33,216 nt of DNA from Gammaproteobacteria bacterium (GCA_050485225.1 JBJHAZ010000001.1:1-33216); one strand, 5' to 3'; shown: positions 17,736 through 26,368, counted from the stretch's first letter. Notes: a model not told the origin generated them from the letters alone. Made by a program: numbers and translations.

Positions 17736-18026
17736 ATGAATACTTTGCTGGTCACCATAGCGGTGCTGGGCTTGTCAGCCCTGATTGTATCGGCCTACAT
17801 TTTTGCGGCGGCAGCCCGAACCTTTGTCTCCCATCACGATGATGAGGGACTCTCCGGTGAGCCACTCCCCAACCTCCACCGGCGCAGCGAGGAAGACCGT
17901 CGCCGGGCGCCGGCCCCGGCCCGGTTTCCCATTCTGGCGGGCGGACAGTGGATTATGGAGGACCGGCGCAGGACACCCGACCGACGCAAGCAATCCAGCT
18001 GGAAAATGGCGGAGTCAGGCAGCTGA
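17736..18026 (+). CDS. Small hypothetical membrane protein with a duplicated EDRRR motif
   Basis: 96 aa. N-terminal TM helix LLVTIAVLGLSALIVSAYIFAAAA. Cytoplasmic tail has SEEDRRRAPAP ... MEDRRRTPDRRK. AAGG-type SD upstream. I do not recognise the family. Confidence 0.5.
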   Translation: MNTLLVTIAVLGLSALIVSAYIFAAAARTFVSHHDDEGLSGEPLPNLHRRSEEDRRRAPAPARFPILAGGQWIMEDRRRTPDRRKQSSWKMAESGS

Positions 18027-18091
18027 TACCGTGCCTGTCTCGATCAGCCCCGCCGGCTCCTGGAAGCGCGGCAATGGTCAGACCGAATGCT

Positions 18092-18451
18092 TTACTCCTC
18101 GACCAGCTCGCCAATCAGATAACTTTCCATCATCGCCCAGGCCGCCGGGCTGTGATCCCGACCATATCCCTTGGTGCGCATGCCTTCCGTCGCCTCCTTG
18201 CCACACCAGGGCTCCATGATGGCAGGAGGCGTCGGGTGCTTGGGGATATAGTCACTGAAGTCATACACCTTGCCATCAATGGCCATCCAGCAATCTTCGA
18301 GGGTGTCGTGACGCGCCACTTCGGTCAGGGTGTAGGCCTGAAGCCCGGCTTCCCCTTTGGGCTCGCTGTCGGTTGCCACGGCCTGCAGCGCCAGCAGGGT
18401 CGCAATGCTCGACCAGAAGGCAATGAAAGCGGAATAACAGAACTTTTTCAT
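18092..18451 (-). CDS. Exported cytochrome b5-like heme-binding domain protein
   Basis: Signal peptide MKKFCYSAFIAFWSSIATLLALQAVA. The b5 core YTLTEVARHDTLEDCWMAIDGKVYDFSDYIPKHP...GKEATEGM...GRDHSPAAWAMMESYLIGEL is present with both axial His positions. Its ATG overlaps the upstream stop (ATGA). Confidence 0.8.
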   Translation of the reverse strand: MKKFCYSAFIAFWSSIATLLALQAVATDSEPKGEAGLQAYTLTEVARHDTLEDCWMAIDGKVYDFSDYIPKHPTPPAIMEPWCGKEATEGMRTKGYGRDHSPAAWAMMESYLIGELVEE

Positions 18452-19764
18452 AACAGGTCAAACTCCTCACTGTGAAAGCGACTCGCGGGTATGCCACCCT
18501 GACGCAACAAACCGCGCAGCAGGTTGAGCAGTGGTTCCGGGCCACAGGCATAGATGTGGCGCTCGCCGATATCGGGGCAATGGTAGCGCAGGTAATCCCA
18601 GTCCAGCGGTCCATTGCGGTAGAAATAGTGCATGGTCAGCTCGAAGCCCGGAATCCGTTCGGCAAGCGAACGCAGCTCCTCGGCGAACACGGCGCGCGCT
18701 TCATCCTGGACACAGTAGACAAGCTGTATATTCACCGGTTCACCCGTTGCAGCCAAATGACGCGCACGCCCCAGAAAGGGGGTAATCCCCACACCGCCGG
18801 CAACCCATAGCTCGCGCCCCGTCGCCTGATCGGCTGCGGGAAAAAAGTTGCCATAGGGACCATCCATCAGCGCCCGGCTGCCGATCGCCACCCGCTGGAT
18901 GGCGCGGCTGGCGTCACCCAGATCCTTGATGGCGATGCGCAGGCACTCCTCGCGGGGAGAGGACGACACCGTATAGGGGTGTTCCTCGTTGCAGCCGGCC
19001 GCCAGCGACCGGTCCAGCGACCGCAGGTAGACAAACTGCCCCGGCTCGTAGGGCAAGGGCTTGCCCTCCGGCTCAAAGGTAATTTCGACCACGTTGTTGG
19101 CGGGGAAATCCACGGCCGCAACACGGTACGCATAGCGGTTGGCACGCCTGGCGAATATCAGGGCGTACGCCATGGCGCTCAGTGCCGCGATCGTCAGAAC
19201 ACCCCAGATCAGCGCATCCCAGGGCGCCGGCAGGGTACGCGCCAGCCACCAGGTGTGGGCCAATGCCAGCACCAGGGCAACGCCCGACAACGCATGCACT
19301 TTCTTCCAGCGCTGATAATCCGGGCGACCAAAAAAGGAGAAGCTGGGCGCGAGAAAGATCATCATGGCAATCAGCGCACCCCAACCGACCCAGGATGCCA
19401 CGGCAGACGCCGGGGGGAATAGCACCTGCACCGCAAGATCCAGCGAGAACTCGGCCGCTGCCAGCGCCAGTAACAGCGGGTGCGCCAGCAACATCAGAAA
19501 GGAAACGGCGCCCAGCTTGTGGTGGGTTTGCCACAATTTGGTGAGGCCGCCGAAGGGCCGGTCAAAGCCGGGAATTCTGAAACTGACGATGGCCGCGACC
19601 AGAAACAGGCTCAAACCGGCGATGCCGGTGAGCCGACCCAGCGAGTTGAAGGTTGCCGCGGTGCTGGCGAACGCGCCTTCCTGCAGACTCGCGAGCCCTG
19701 CCAATACCGGGACGGCCGCCACGGCCCATAGACAAAAATGTGCTGGCCTGTAACTCATCTTCAC
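18448..19764 (-). CDS. NOX-like flavocytochrome: ferric-reductase transmembrane domain + FAD-binding + NAD(P)H-binding domains
   Basis: Paired heme-ligand histidines in TM helices (HHKLGAVSFLMLLAHP; HALSGVALVLALAH). FAD motif HPYTVSS. NAD(P)H motif VAGGVGITPF. The GTG start at 19764 has AGGA 6 nt upstream, and an ATG alternative lies at 19758. Confidence 0.85.
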   Translation of the reverse strand: MKMSYRPAHFCLWAVAAVPVLAGLASLQEGAFASTAATFNSLGRLTGIAGLSLFLVAAIVSFRIPGFDRPFGGLTKLWQTHHKLGAVSFLMLLAHPLLLALAAAEFSLDLAVQVLFPPASAVASWVGWGALIAMMIFLAPSFSFFGRPDYQRWKKVHALSGVALVLALAHTWWLARTLPAPWDALIWGVLTIAALSAMAYALIFARRANRYAYRVAAVDFPANNVVEITFEPEGKPLPYEPGQFVYLRSLDRSLAAGCNEEHPYTVSSSPREECLRIAIKDLGDASRAIQRVAIGSRALMDGPYGNFFPAADQATGRELWVAGGVGITPFLGRARHLAATGEPVNIQLVYCVQDEARAVFAEELRSLAERIPGFELTMHYFYRNGPLDWDYLRYHCPDIGERHIYACGPEPLLNLLRGLLRQGGIPASRFHSEEFDLL

Positions 19765-19916
19765 TGATTATCCTGGTTTTACAGGGGTTTCCGCTCACCG
19801 AACGATTGACTTTCATCATAGTATCATCAATTTACGGTGTCTCAATGACATACACGGTTGCATGATCTGTGTCAGTATTGCGCCTCCGATATCGTAACTC
19901 CTTGACGCCCTGAAGC

Positions 19917-20675
19917 ATGGATCTGATCAACGCCCTGCTCCGCCAGACCCTGGACAGCCTGCGCGACCTGCTGCCTGTGGTGGTTGTCATCGCCTGCTTT
20001 CAGCTGCTGGTGATTCGGCAACCGCTCCCCGATGCCCTCTCGCTCACGGAACTGCTGGCCGGTGTCCTGCTCGTGCTGGTGGGGCTGACGCTGTTCGTGC
20101 AAGGCCTCCAGATCGGCTTGTTCCCGGTGGGGGAAAACCTGGCTCATGCGCTGGCGCGCAAGGGATCGGTGTTCTGGATGTTCCTGTTTGCCTTTGCGCT
20201 GGGTTTCGGCACCACAATAGCCGAACCCGCCCTGATCGCGGTGGCCGGCAAGGCCGCCCAGGTGATGGCCGAGGCCGGGGCCATCGCCGCGACCGAAGCA
20301 GCCCGGGAGCAATTTTCTTTTCGGCTTCGTATGGTGGTGGCCGTATCCGTCGGGATTGCCGTCATGATCGGAGTCCTGCGTATTCTCAAGGGCTGGCCCC
20401 TGCATCTGATCATCATCGGCGGGTACGTTCTGGTACTGCTCCTGACCACGGTCGCGCCGGACGCCATCATCGGCATCGCCTATGATTCCGGCGGGGTCAC
20501 CACGTCGACCATCACGGTCCCCCTGCTAACGGCTCTGGGCGTGGGCCTGGCCACCGCCATCAAGGGGCGCAGCCCGATCCTGGACGGATTCGGACTCATT
20601 GCACTGGCCTCGGTCATGCCCATCATCTTTGTGCTCACCTTCGGACTACTGACATTGCCGGGAGGCTCGCTGTGA
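19917..20675 (+). CDS. DUF1538 family integral membrane protein (copy 1)
   Basis: [32 protein letters not shown] and [25 protein letters not shown] are the conserved DUF1538 blocks as I recall them. Confidence 0.8.
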   Translation: MDLINALLRQTLDSLRDLLPVVVVIACFQLLVIRQPLPDALSLTELLAGVLLVLVGLTLFVQGLQIGLFPVGENLAHALARKGSVFWMFLFAFALGFGTTIAEPALIAVAGKAAQVMAEAGAIAATEAAREQFSFRLRMVVAVSVGIAVMIGVLRILKGWPLHLIIIGGYVLVLLLTTVAPDAIIGIAYDSGGVTTSTITVPLLTALGVGLATAIKGRSPILDGFGLIALASVMPIIFVLTFGLLTLPGGSL

Positions 20676-21466
20676 TCGCCCCCTCGGAGACGGTGGGCAT
20701 TCTGCTCGAGACCGTGCGCGATATCCTGCCGATCATCGCCATCATTTTCGGCTTCCAGTATCTGGTAATCCGCAGAAAGGTGCGCAATCTTGGGCGGATA
20801 GCCACCGGCTTTGCCATGGTGCTGATCGGCTTGACGTTGTTTCTGGTGGGACTGGAGCAGGCCCTGTTCCCCATCGGCAGCCTGATGGCGGAACAGTTGA
20901 CCTCTGCCGAGTTCCTTCCCCAGCTGGCGGCCGGCGCCCAGCGTCACTGGAGTGACTATTACTGGGTCTACCTGTTTGCCTTTGCCATCGGGGCCAGCAC
21001 CACCATTGCCGAGCCCGCCCTGATCGCCGTCTCCCTGAAGGCCGGAGAAGCGTCGGGGGGCACCGTCGACCCACTGATGTTGCGCGTCGCTGTCGCCGTG
21101 GGCATGGCCTTCGGCATCACGCTGGGCTCCTGGCGCATTGTCATGGGGTGGCCACTGCACTGGTTTGTACTGGGCGCCTATGTACTGGTGATCGTCCAGA
21201 CGCTGCGCTCACCGCGCAAGATCATTCCGCTGGCCTTTGACTCGGGTGGTGTGACCACCTCCACCATAACGGTACCCATCATAGCGGCGCTGGGATTGGG
21301 CCTGGCGGAATCGATCCCCGGACGGGATCCATTGAGAGACGGCTTCGGCATGATTGCACTGGCGTGCCTGTTTCCCATCATCACCGTGATGGGCTATGCC
21401 CAGATTGCCGAATGGCGCGATCGACGTTCCGCCGCTCGCGATACCGAAAGACGGCCAACCGAATGA
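20672..21466 (+). CDS. DUF1538 family integral membrane protein (copy 2)
   Basis: Paralogous blocks [32 protein letters not shown] and [25 protein letters not shown]. The GTG start overlaps the copy-1 stop (GTGA), with GGGAGG 6 nt upstream. Confidence 0.8.
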   Translation: MIAPSETVGILLETVRDILPIIAIIFGFQYLVIRRKVRNLGRIATGFAMVLIGLTLFLVGLEQALFPIGSLMAEQLTSAEFLPQLAAGAQRHWSDYYWVYLFAFAIGASTTIAEPALIAVSLKAGEASGGTVDPLMLRVAVAVGMAFGITLGSWRIVMGWPLHWFVLGAYVLVIVQTLRSPRKIIPLAFDSGGVTTSTITVPIIAALGLGLAESIPGRDPLRDGFGMIALACLFPIITVMGYAQIAEWRDRRSAARDTERRPTE

Positions 21467-21485
21467 CGCACTGCGAGGAGGACTC

Positions 21486-21836
21486 ATGCGCTTCAAACTG
21501 ATTCTGGCCTTTGTGGACGACGATCAGAGCGACAAGCTGCTCGACGCCGCCCGCTCGGCGGGGGCAACCGGCGCCACCATCATCTACAACGCCCGCGGCG
21601 AGGGGGCGCGCAAGACCCGAGGCGTGTTCGGGCTGGAGATCACGGCCCAGCGCGATGTACTGCTGTTCCTGGTGGAGGAGCATCACGCACGGGCCGTGCT
21701 TGAGAAGATCGCTCAGGTGGGCGAGTTCGATGAATCACCCGGCACCGGCATCGCTGTCCAGATCGATGTGGAGGACGCCGTCGGGGTACAACACCAGATA
21801 AGAGCACTGACAGAATCGCTGTCAGACGAGCTGTGA
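21486..21836 (+). CDS. PII-like signal-transduction protein (non-canonical)
   Basis: 116 aa, MRFKLILAFVDDDQSDKLLDAARSAGATGATIIYNARGEG..., with a beta-alpha-beta pattern and length typical of the PII superfamily. Start trimmed to the ATG at 21486 behind a strong GAGGAGGA SD. Confidence 0.7.
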   Translation: MRFKLILAFVDDDQSDKLLDAARSAGATGATIIYNARGEGARKTRGVFGLEITAQRDVLLFLVEEHHARAVLEKIAQVGEFDESPGTGIAVQIDVEDAVGVQHQIRALTESLSDEL

Positions 21837-21849
21837 GGAGGAGCCGTTC

Positions 21850-22272
21850 ATGAGTGACATGCAATCAAGCCACAAGGGCACGATCGTCTCGGTGAAGGAT
21901 GTGATGAGCGGTGATTACCGGCTGGTGAAAGGGGTGACAACCGTGGCCGAAGCCCTGCAGCAGATTCGCGGCACCGAGATCCGCGTCCTGGTCGTCGACA
22001 AGCGGGATGAGCGGGACGAATACGGCATCGTGCTGTTCTCGGACATCGCCAAGAAAGTGCTCGCCCGCAACAAGGCGCCGGAGCGGGTCAACCTTTACGA
22101 GATCATGGCAAAACCGGCGCTGGGGGTCGCACCCGAGATGCAGATCCGCTTCTGCGCGCGCCTGTTCGAGCGCTTTGGCCTGAGTGTCGCACCGGTTATC
22201 GACAGCCAGGGCCGGATCCAGGGGGTCGTGAATTACGAAAGCCTGGTCATGAAGGGCCTGCTGGGACCCTGA
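21850..22272 (+). CDS. CBS-domain pair protein
   Basis: 140 aa. VKDVMSGDYRLVKGVTTVAEALQQIRGTEIRVLVVDK... and ...LSVAPVIDSQGRIQGVVNYESLV form two CBS repeats. GGAGGAG SD upstream. Confidence 0.8.
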   Translation: MSDMQSSHKGTIVSVKDVMSGDYRLVKGVTTVAEALQQIRGTEIRVLVVDKRDERDEYGIVLFSDIAKKVLARNKAPERVNLYEIMAKPALGVAPEMQIRFCARLFERFGLSVAPVIDSQGRIQGVVNYESLVMKGLLGP

Positions 22273-22285
22273 CAATCGACACGGG

Positions 22286-23635
22286 TCAATCCGTCGCGGC
22301 CGCCCGGTAGCGCTCCGGGTTGATGTCGTGCCGCTTCACCAGCTTGTGAAAGTCCGAGCGGTTGCGTCCGGCGAGTTCGGCCGCCATGGTCATGTTGCCG
22401 TTGGTGGCGGTCAGCACCTGAATCAGGTACCTGCGCTCGAAGTCCTTGCGGGCGTCGCTGAGGCTCACCACAGGCCGCACCCGATCGATCGGTAGGGCCT
22501 GCTCCACCTGGCCGGCCGCAATAACGGGTCCCGGGGCCAGCGCAAACAGCCGCTCCACGGTATTTTCCAACTGGCGAATGTTGCCGGGCCACTCATAGCC
22601 GAGCAGCACCGGCAAGGCATCGGGGGCGAGCCTCTTGGCCGGTCGGCCGGTGCGCTGGGCTATACCGGCGATGAAGTGCTCCACCAACATCGGGATATCC
22701 TCGGGACGATCCCGCAGCGGCGGCAAGTGCAGATTGACCACGTTGAGCCGATAGAAGAGATCCTCCCGGAACTGCCGCTCGGCCATCGCCTGCTGCAGAT
22801 CGATATGGGTCGCGGAAATGACCCGCACATCCAGTGACATGTCCGCCCGACCGCCGACCGGCCGCAGCTTGCCTTCCTGCAGCACCCGCAACAGCTTCGC
22901 CTGCAACGGATACGGCATGTCACCGATCTCATCGAGCAGCACCGTGCCCCCATCGGCGGTAGCGAACAGGCCCTCGCGGTCCTGATGGGCACCGGTAAAG
23001 GCGCCCTTCACGTGACCAAACAGCTCCGACTCCAGCAGGTCCTGGGGTATGGCACTGCAGTTGATGGCCACGAAGGGCTGATCGGCGCGGGCGCTCTGAC
23101 TGTGAATGGCATCGGCCAGCAACTCCTTGCCGGTACCGCTCTCCCCGGTAATGAGGATGTTGACGTCGCTCTGGGCGTACAGCCGCGCCTGCTCCAGCAA
23201 CTGATACATCTTGGCGCTGCGGGTAAGAATTCGGGATTGGCCCACCTCGCTGGGCGGCGAGGCCGGCTGCGCCGCATCGCAGGCGCGCGCCAGGGTGCTT
23301 TCCAGTTCGTCCTTGTCCACCGGCTTGGTGAGAAAGGCGAATACGCCCTCCTGGGTGGCGCTGACGGCTTCCCGGATCGTGCCGTGAGCCGTCAGGACGA
23401 TGAACGGAATGCCCGGCCAGCGATCGTGCGCTCGCCGAAACAGCTCCAGGCCATCCATCGGTTCCATGCGGAGATCCGTGACCACGGCGTTGACACCGTT
23501 CTCTTCCAGCACCTCCAGTGCCTGCGCCCCGGAGGAAGCAGTCAGGGTGCGATACCCGAACCCGCCCAGCCTCAGGCTCAGCAGCTGCAGCATGCCCGGG
23601 TCATCGTCGACGACAAGTACCTGTGGACTCTTCAA
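22286..23635 (-). CDS. glrR: Sigma-54-dependent response regulator, GlrR/QseF-like
   Basis: By eye it aligns along its whole length with E. coli GlrR as I remember it (VLVVDDDPGMLQLLSLRL..., TDLRMEPMDGLELF, ILTAHGTIREAVSATQEGVFAFLTKPVDKDEL, ESELFGHVKGAFTGA, WPGNIRQLEN, C-terminal HTH). Its start overlaps the upstream stop (ATGA). Confidence 0.8.
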   Translation of the reverse strand: MKSPQVLVVDDDPGMLQLLSLRLGGFGYRTLTASSGAQALEVLEENGVNAVVTDLRMEPMDGLELFRRAHDRWPGIPFIVLTAHGTIREAVSATQEGVFAFLTKPVDKDELESTLARACDAAQPASPPSEVGQSRILTRSAKMYQLLEQARLYAQSDVNILITGESGTGKELLADAIHSQSARADQPFVAINCSAIPQDLLESELFGHVKGAFTGAHQDREGLFATADGGTVLLDEIGDMPYPLQAKLLRVLQEGKLRPVGGRADMSLDVRVISATHIDLQQAMAERQFREDLFYRLNVVNLHLPPLRDRPEDIPMLVEHFIAGIAQRTGRPAKRLAPDALPVLLGYEWPGNIRQLENTVERLFALAPGPVIAAGQVEQALPIDRVRPVVSLSDARKDFERRYLIQVLTATNGNMTMAAELAGRNRSDFHKLVKRHDINPERYRAAATD

Positions 23636-24114
23636 TGATTCCTCCTGTTGCGACGAAGACTTTCCATATCGGCCTCGATCTGGCGGATACCCTCGACAGT
23701 CGCTTCCAGTTGTTCGGCGAGCTGGCTGTTGCGGTCCTCCAGCATGCGATAACTGCGGGTGTGATCGCGCAGCATGTTCAACAACGATTGCAGCGCCGGG
23801 TCGCGATCGGGGTTGTCCGGCAAGGCATTCAGGGCTTCTCGCATGAGACCCGGTGTACGCGCCGGGTCGCAGCTCGTCAGCAGCACGCGCTCGATAGCGG
23901 TCGCCTCGTCATGCCCCTGCAACTCAGCAAGCCGGGCACGCTGCACTTCACCTTCCAGGCTGCACAGTTCGCTGCGACGCAACAGCCAGGTGGTTGCAGG
24001 ATCCGGCTCCGGATCGACCGCTTCACAGACGGGCAGATCATCAACGGGCACCGGCTGCAACGGCTGACAACCCGCTAACAATACGGCAACCAGCCACAAA
24101 GTACTTCTAGTCAT
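23632..24114 (-). CDS. Lipoprotein located between the kinase and regulator genes (QseG/YfhG-like position)
   Basis: Lipobox LLAGC. C-terminal coiled-coil-like region (LEDRNSQLAEQLEATVEGIRQIEADMESL). It overlaps both flanking genes. The gene order kinase-lipoprotein-regulator equals glrK-qseG-glrR. Confidence 0.65.
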   Translation of the reverse strand: MTRSTLWLVAVLLAGCQPLQPVPVDDLPVCEAVDPEPDPATTWLLRRSELCSLEGEVQRARLAELQGHDEATAIERVLLTSCDPARTPGLMREALNALPDNPDRDPALQSLLNMLRDHTRSYRMLEDRNSQLAEQLEATVEGIRQIEADMESLRRNRRNH

Positions 24115-25552
24115 TTCTTGTCACCCCCTTGTGGGGGAAAAAGAGCAGGAATGCCGTGCCCTCTCCCTTCCCTGAATGTACGGAAATACTGCCGTTGAGC
24201 AAATCCGCAGCCGCCTTGACGATCGCCAGCCCGATGCCATTGCCGGGGCGACTGTCGCCGCGGGTGTTGCGACCGCGGTAGAACGGAGCAAATATATGGT
24301 CAAGTTCGCTTCTTTCAATACCCGTGCCCGTGTCGGACACCGACAGGCACCAGCCCTTGCGGTCCTCCTCCCAGCGCACCGTCACGGATCCGCCGTCCGG
24401 CGTGAACTGGAACGCATTGCCCATCAGGTTGGCGAGTATCATCTCGAGCAGCCTCGGGTCACTGGTGACGCTGTCCACATTCCCGCTCAACTCCCATCTC
24501 AGGCTCTTGTCGGGGTTCGCCGTGACGATACGCTGCCGCAAGGTCTCGCAAAGTCCGGCCATATCCACCGGTTGAAAATGGGCCATCAGCCCGTGAGACA
24601 CGGCATTGTAATTGAGCAGCTGCTGAATCAGGTCCTGCAGGTGGCGCGCATTGCTGAACAGGATTTCCAGCACCTCCCGCTGACCCGGCTGGAGGGCTCC
24701 GGTGACCTCGTCCCTCATGAGGCTCGCCGCCTCGATGATCGCAGCCAGCGGCGTCTTCAGCTCATGGGTCACATGCTGGATGAACGCGGTGCGCTGCTCG
24801 TCGCTGGCGCAGATCTGCTGTCTCATCCACTCGAGGTTATTACCCAGCGCCACCAGGTCGGCTGGCCCGCCGATGACGATGGGCTCGTCCCACTGCTGCC
24901 GGCCAAGCCGCCGGATGGCCTGGCTCAGCCTCCAGATCGGACGCGAAATGAGAAAGGTGCCCAGCACCATCAGCAGGAAGGTGCCGGGCAGGGTCAGCAT
25001 GGCAATCAGAAACAGTCGATCCACGATGCGGGCAAACTCCCGTTCGCCCTGCTGGATATTCGCCTGGCGTGCCCGCGAGACGGCGCTGGCCAGGTCGTCA
25101 CTGTCAAGCAGCAGAGTCTGCACGAGGTGTGTCACCTGCTGGTCCGACGCCTCGCCGTTGACGGCGAGGCTGTCTTCGAGCAGCGCCGCATCCTCACCGA
25201 TGGTGACTACCAGTCGACGCCAACCGGACTCGAGCGGCAATGACCGGAGCAGACCGAGTGTTTCACCGAGCGTCTCGTTCTTCTGCACGAAAAGCTCGAG
25301 AAAGGTTTCGTCCCGCAACAGGCGATACTGCCGGGCGAGGCGAACCAGCTCGCTGACGTCGTCCATCAGCCGGCCGGTGGCATCCGCCAGCCGGTCGAAG
25401 CGCTGCATGCTCTCCGTCTGACGCGCGGTCTGCTGCTGCAGCGAGAAAACGGCGTACCCCGCAGCAACCATGAGCGGCAATACCGCCAACAGGGTTGCCA
25501 ACGCCCACTGCTGCAACAGGGTCAGGCGACCAAAACCGGAACTCCTCAACAT
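24107..25552 (-). CDS. glrK: Sensor histidine kinase, GlrK/QseE-like
   Basis: Two TM segments flank a periplasmic domain, followed by HAMP (SRPIWRLSQAIRRLG), the H-box FIQHVTHELKTPLAAI and HATPase motifs (LMGNAFQFT, DTGTGI, GIGLAIV). Confidence 0.8.
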   Translation of the reverse strand: MLRSSGFGRLTLLQQWALATLLAVLPLMVAAGYAVFSLQQQTARQTESMQRFDRLADATGRLMDDVSELVRLARQYRLLRDETFLELFVQKNETLGETLGLLRSLPLESGWRRLVVTIGEDAALLEDSLAVNGEASDQQVTHLVQTLLLDSDDLASAVSRARQANIQQGEREFARIVDRLFLIAMLTLPGTFLLMVLGTFLISRPIWRLSQAIRRLGRQQWDEPIVIGGPADLVALGNNLEWMRQQICASDEQRTAFIQHVTHELKTPLAAIIEAASLMRDEVTGALQPGQREVLEILFSNARHLQDLIQQLLNYNAVSHGLMAHFQPVDMAGLCETLRQRIVTANPDKSLRWELSGNVDSVTSDPRLLEMILANLMGNAFQFTPDGGSVTVRWEEDRKGWCLSVSDTGTGIERSELDHIFAPFYRGRNTRGDSRPGNGIGLAIVKAAADLLNGSISVHSGKGEGTAFLLFFPHKGVTRND

Positions 25553-25597
25553 GCAATCTCTTCCCTGGATGAAAACTCATTGTGCCCCAAGATGGCA

Positions 25598-25617
25598 GTG
25601 TTGCACAGATGCGACAC
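25598..25617. promoter_or_regulatory. Operator copy 1: GTGTTGC-N6-GCGACAC (contains TGTT-N10-GACA)
   Basis: GTGTTGCacagatGCGACAC. Both 7-nt arms are shared with copy 2, which lies 66 bp away. It is close to the TGTC-N10-GACA motif reported for E. coli GlrR sites. Confidence 0.6.
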
Positions 25618-25663
25618 CCTAACCCACTGTTTTTATTAGACCCATAGCCCCTAAGGTGAAATG

Positions 25664-25683
25664 GTGTTGCCATAGCGCGACAC
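25664..25683. promoter_or_regulatory. Operator copy 2: GTGTTGC-N6-GCGACAC
   Basis: GTGTTGCcatagcGCGACAC, centred roughly 100 bp upstream of the predicted sigma-54 start site. A degenerate third site, TGTC-N10-GCGA, follows at 25686-25703. Confidence 0.6.
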
Positions 25684-25714
25684 AATGTCGGATCAGCAGG
25701 CGAGCAAAAACAAC

Positions 25715-25727
25715 CAACATATTGATA
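25715..25727 (-). promoter_or_regulatory. IHF-like site
   Basis: The reverse strand reads TATCAATATGTTG, matching WATCAANNNNTTR exactly. It sits in an AT-rich tract between the operators and the -24 element. Confidence 0.5.
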
Positions 25728-25746
25728 TTAATGAATATTTATAAAA

Positions 25747-25762
25747 TGGCACAGCACTTGCT
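25747..25762 (+). promoter_or_regulatory. Sigma-54 promoter (near-perfect consensus)
   Basis: TGGCAC-agcac-TTGCT, with the -24 and -12 elements perfect and at exact spacing. It is oriented toward the small lipoprotein gene, about 75 nt before the ATG at 25836. Confidence 0.8.
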
Positions 25763-25835
25763 AAACACCCATCGTCTGCAGCTGACGCGAGGTGCCCAAC
25801 CCCACTCCAGCCAACACTGCAGGGAGCGAATGCCG

Positions 25836-26063
25836 ATGAAACCGATGCTGCTGTTGAGTGGCGTGTTCTGCAGCATCCTGCTGGCACTCACATTACCGGG
25901 TTGCCAGAAGGAGGGGCCCGCAGAGCGTACCGGACGGGCATTGGACGAAGCAGCTCAGGACGCGGCGATGCACCTTGATCGCCAGAGACAGAAAGCCGAG
26001 GAACTGCGACTGGATTCCGAGACGTTCCAGCGCGATTGCGCCGCCACTGAAGGTGGCTGCTGA
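25836..26063 (+). CDS. Small putative lipoprotein (75 aa)
   Basis: MKPMLLLSGVFCSILLALTLPGCQKEG... is a signal peptide with a lipobox-like LPGC. GGGAG lies 9 nt upstream of this ATG. The track ORF 25656..26063 extends spuriously upstream through the promoter. Confidence 0.55.
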   Translation: MKPMLLLSGVFCSILLALTLPGCQKEGPAERTGRALDEAAQDAAMHLDRQRQKAEELRLDSETFQRDCAATEGGC

Positions 26064-26158
26064 AAAACACCGCCAGCAACGGATAGCAGGCAAGGAAGAT
26101 GATCCGACGAGAGCACAGGTCGACACAACCGTCGGCCGCACAACTCAGGAGACCGGAA

Positions 26159-26368
26159 ATGAGCCCGGTAAACGATGTCGAAGAGGCAACCGAAAAGCTC
26201 GTATCGCTGGGATGGTCCGTGGTGCTGTTCATTGTCGCCATCATCGCTGCCCTGCTGAGTTTTTCCGACCTGGAGCATGCGTTGGTCCAGGGTGCCATCG
26301 GCCTCTTCCTGATCTGCCTGACACTGGGTATTGCCCTGCTGTTCGTCGGCCGAACGCCGATCGACTGA
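26159..26368 (+). CDS. Small two-TM membrane protein (69 aa)
   Basis: MSPVNDVEEATEKLVSLGWSVVLFIVAIIAALLSF...GAIGLFLICLTLGIALLFVG. AGGAG lies 7 nt upstream of the ATG at 26159. Confidence 0.5.
   Translation: MSPVNDVEEATEKLVSLGWSVVLFIVAIIAALLSFSDLEHALVQGAIGLFLICLTLGIALLFVGRTPID

Noticed and set aside
19806-19819. TTGAC-tttc-ATCAT, resembling an FNR/Anr/CRP-type box (TTGAT-N4-ATCAA), between the NOX-like gene and the DUF1538 operon
   Set aside because: There is one mismatch in each half-site. Its distance to either start codon does not give a convincing -41.5 geometry with an identifiable -10 element.
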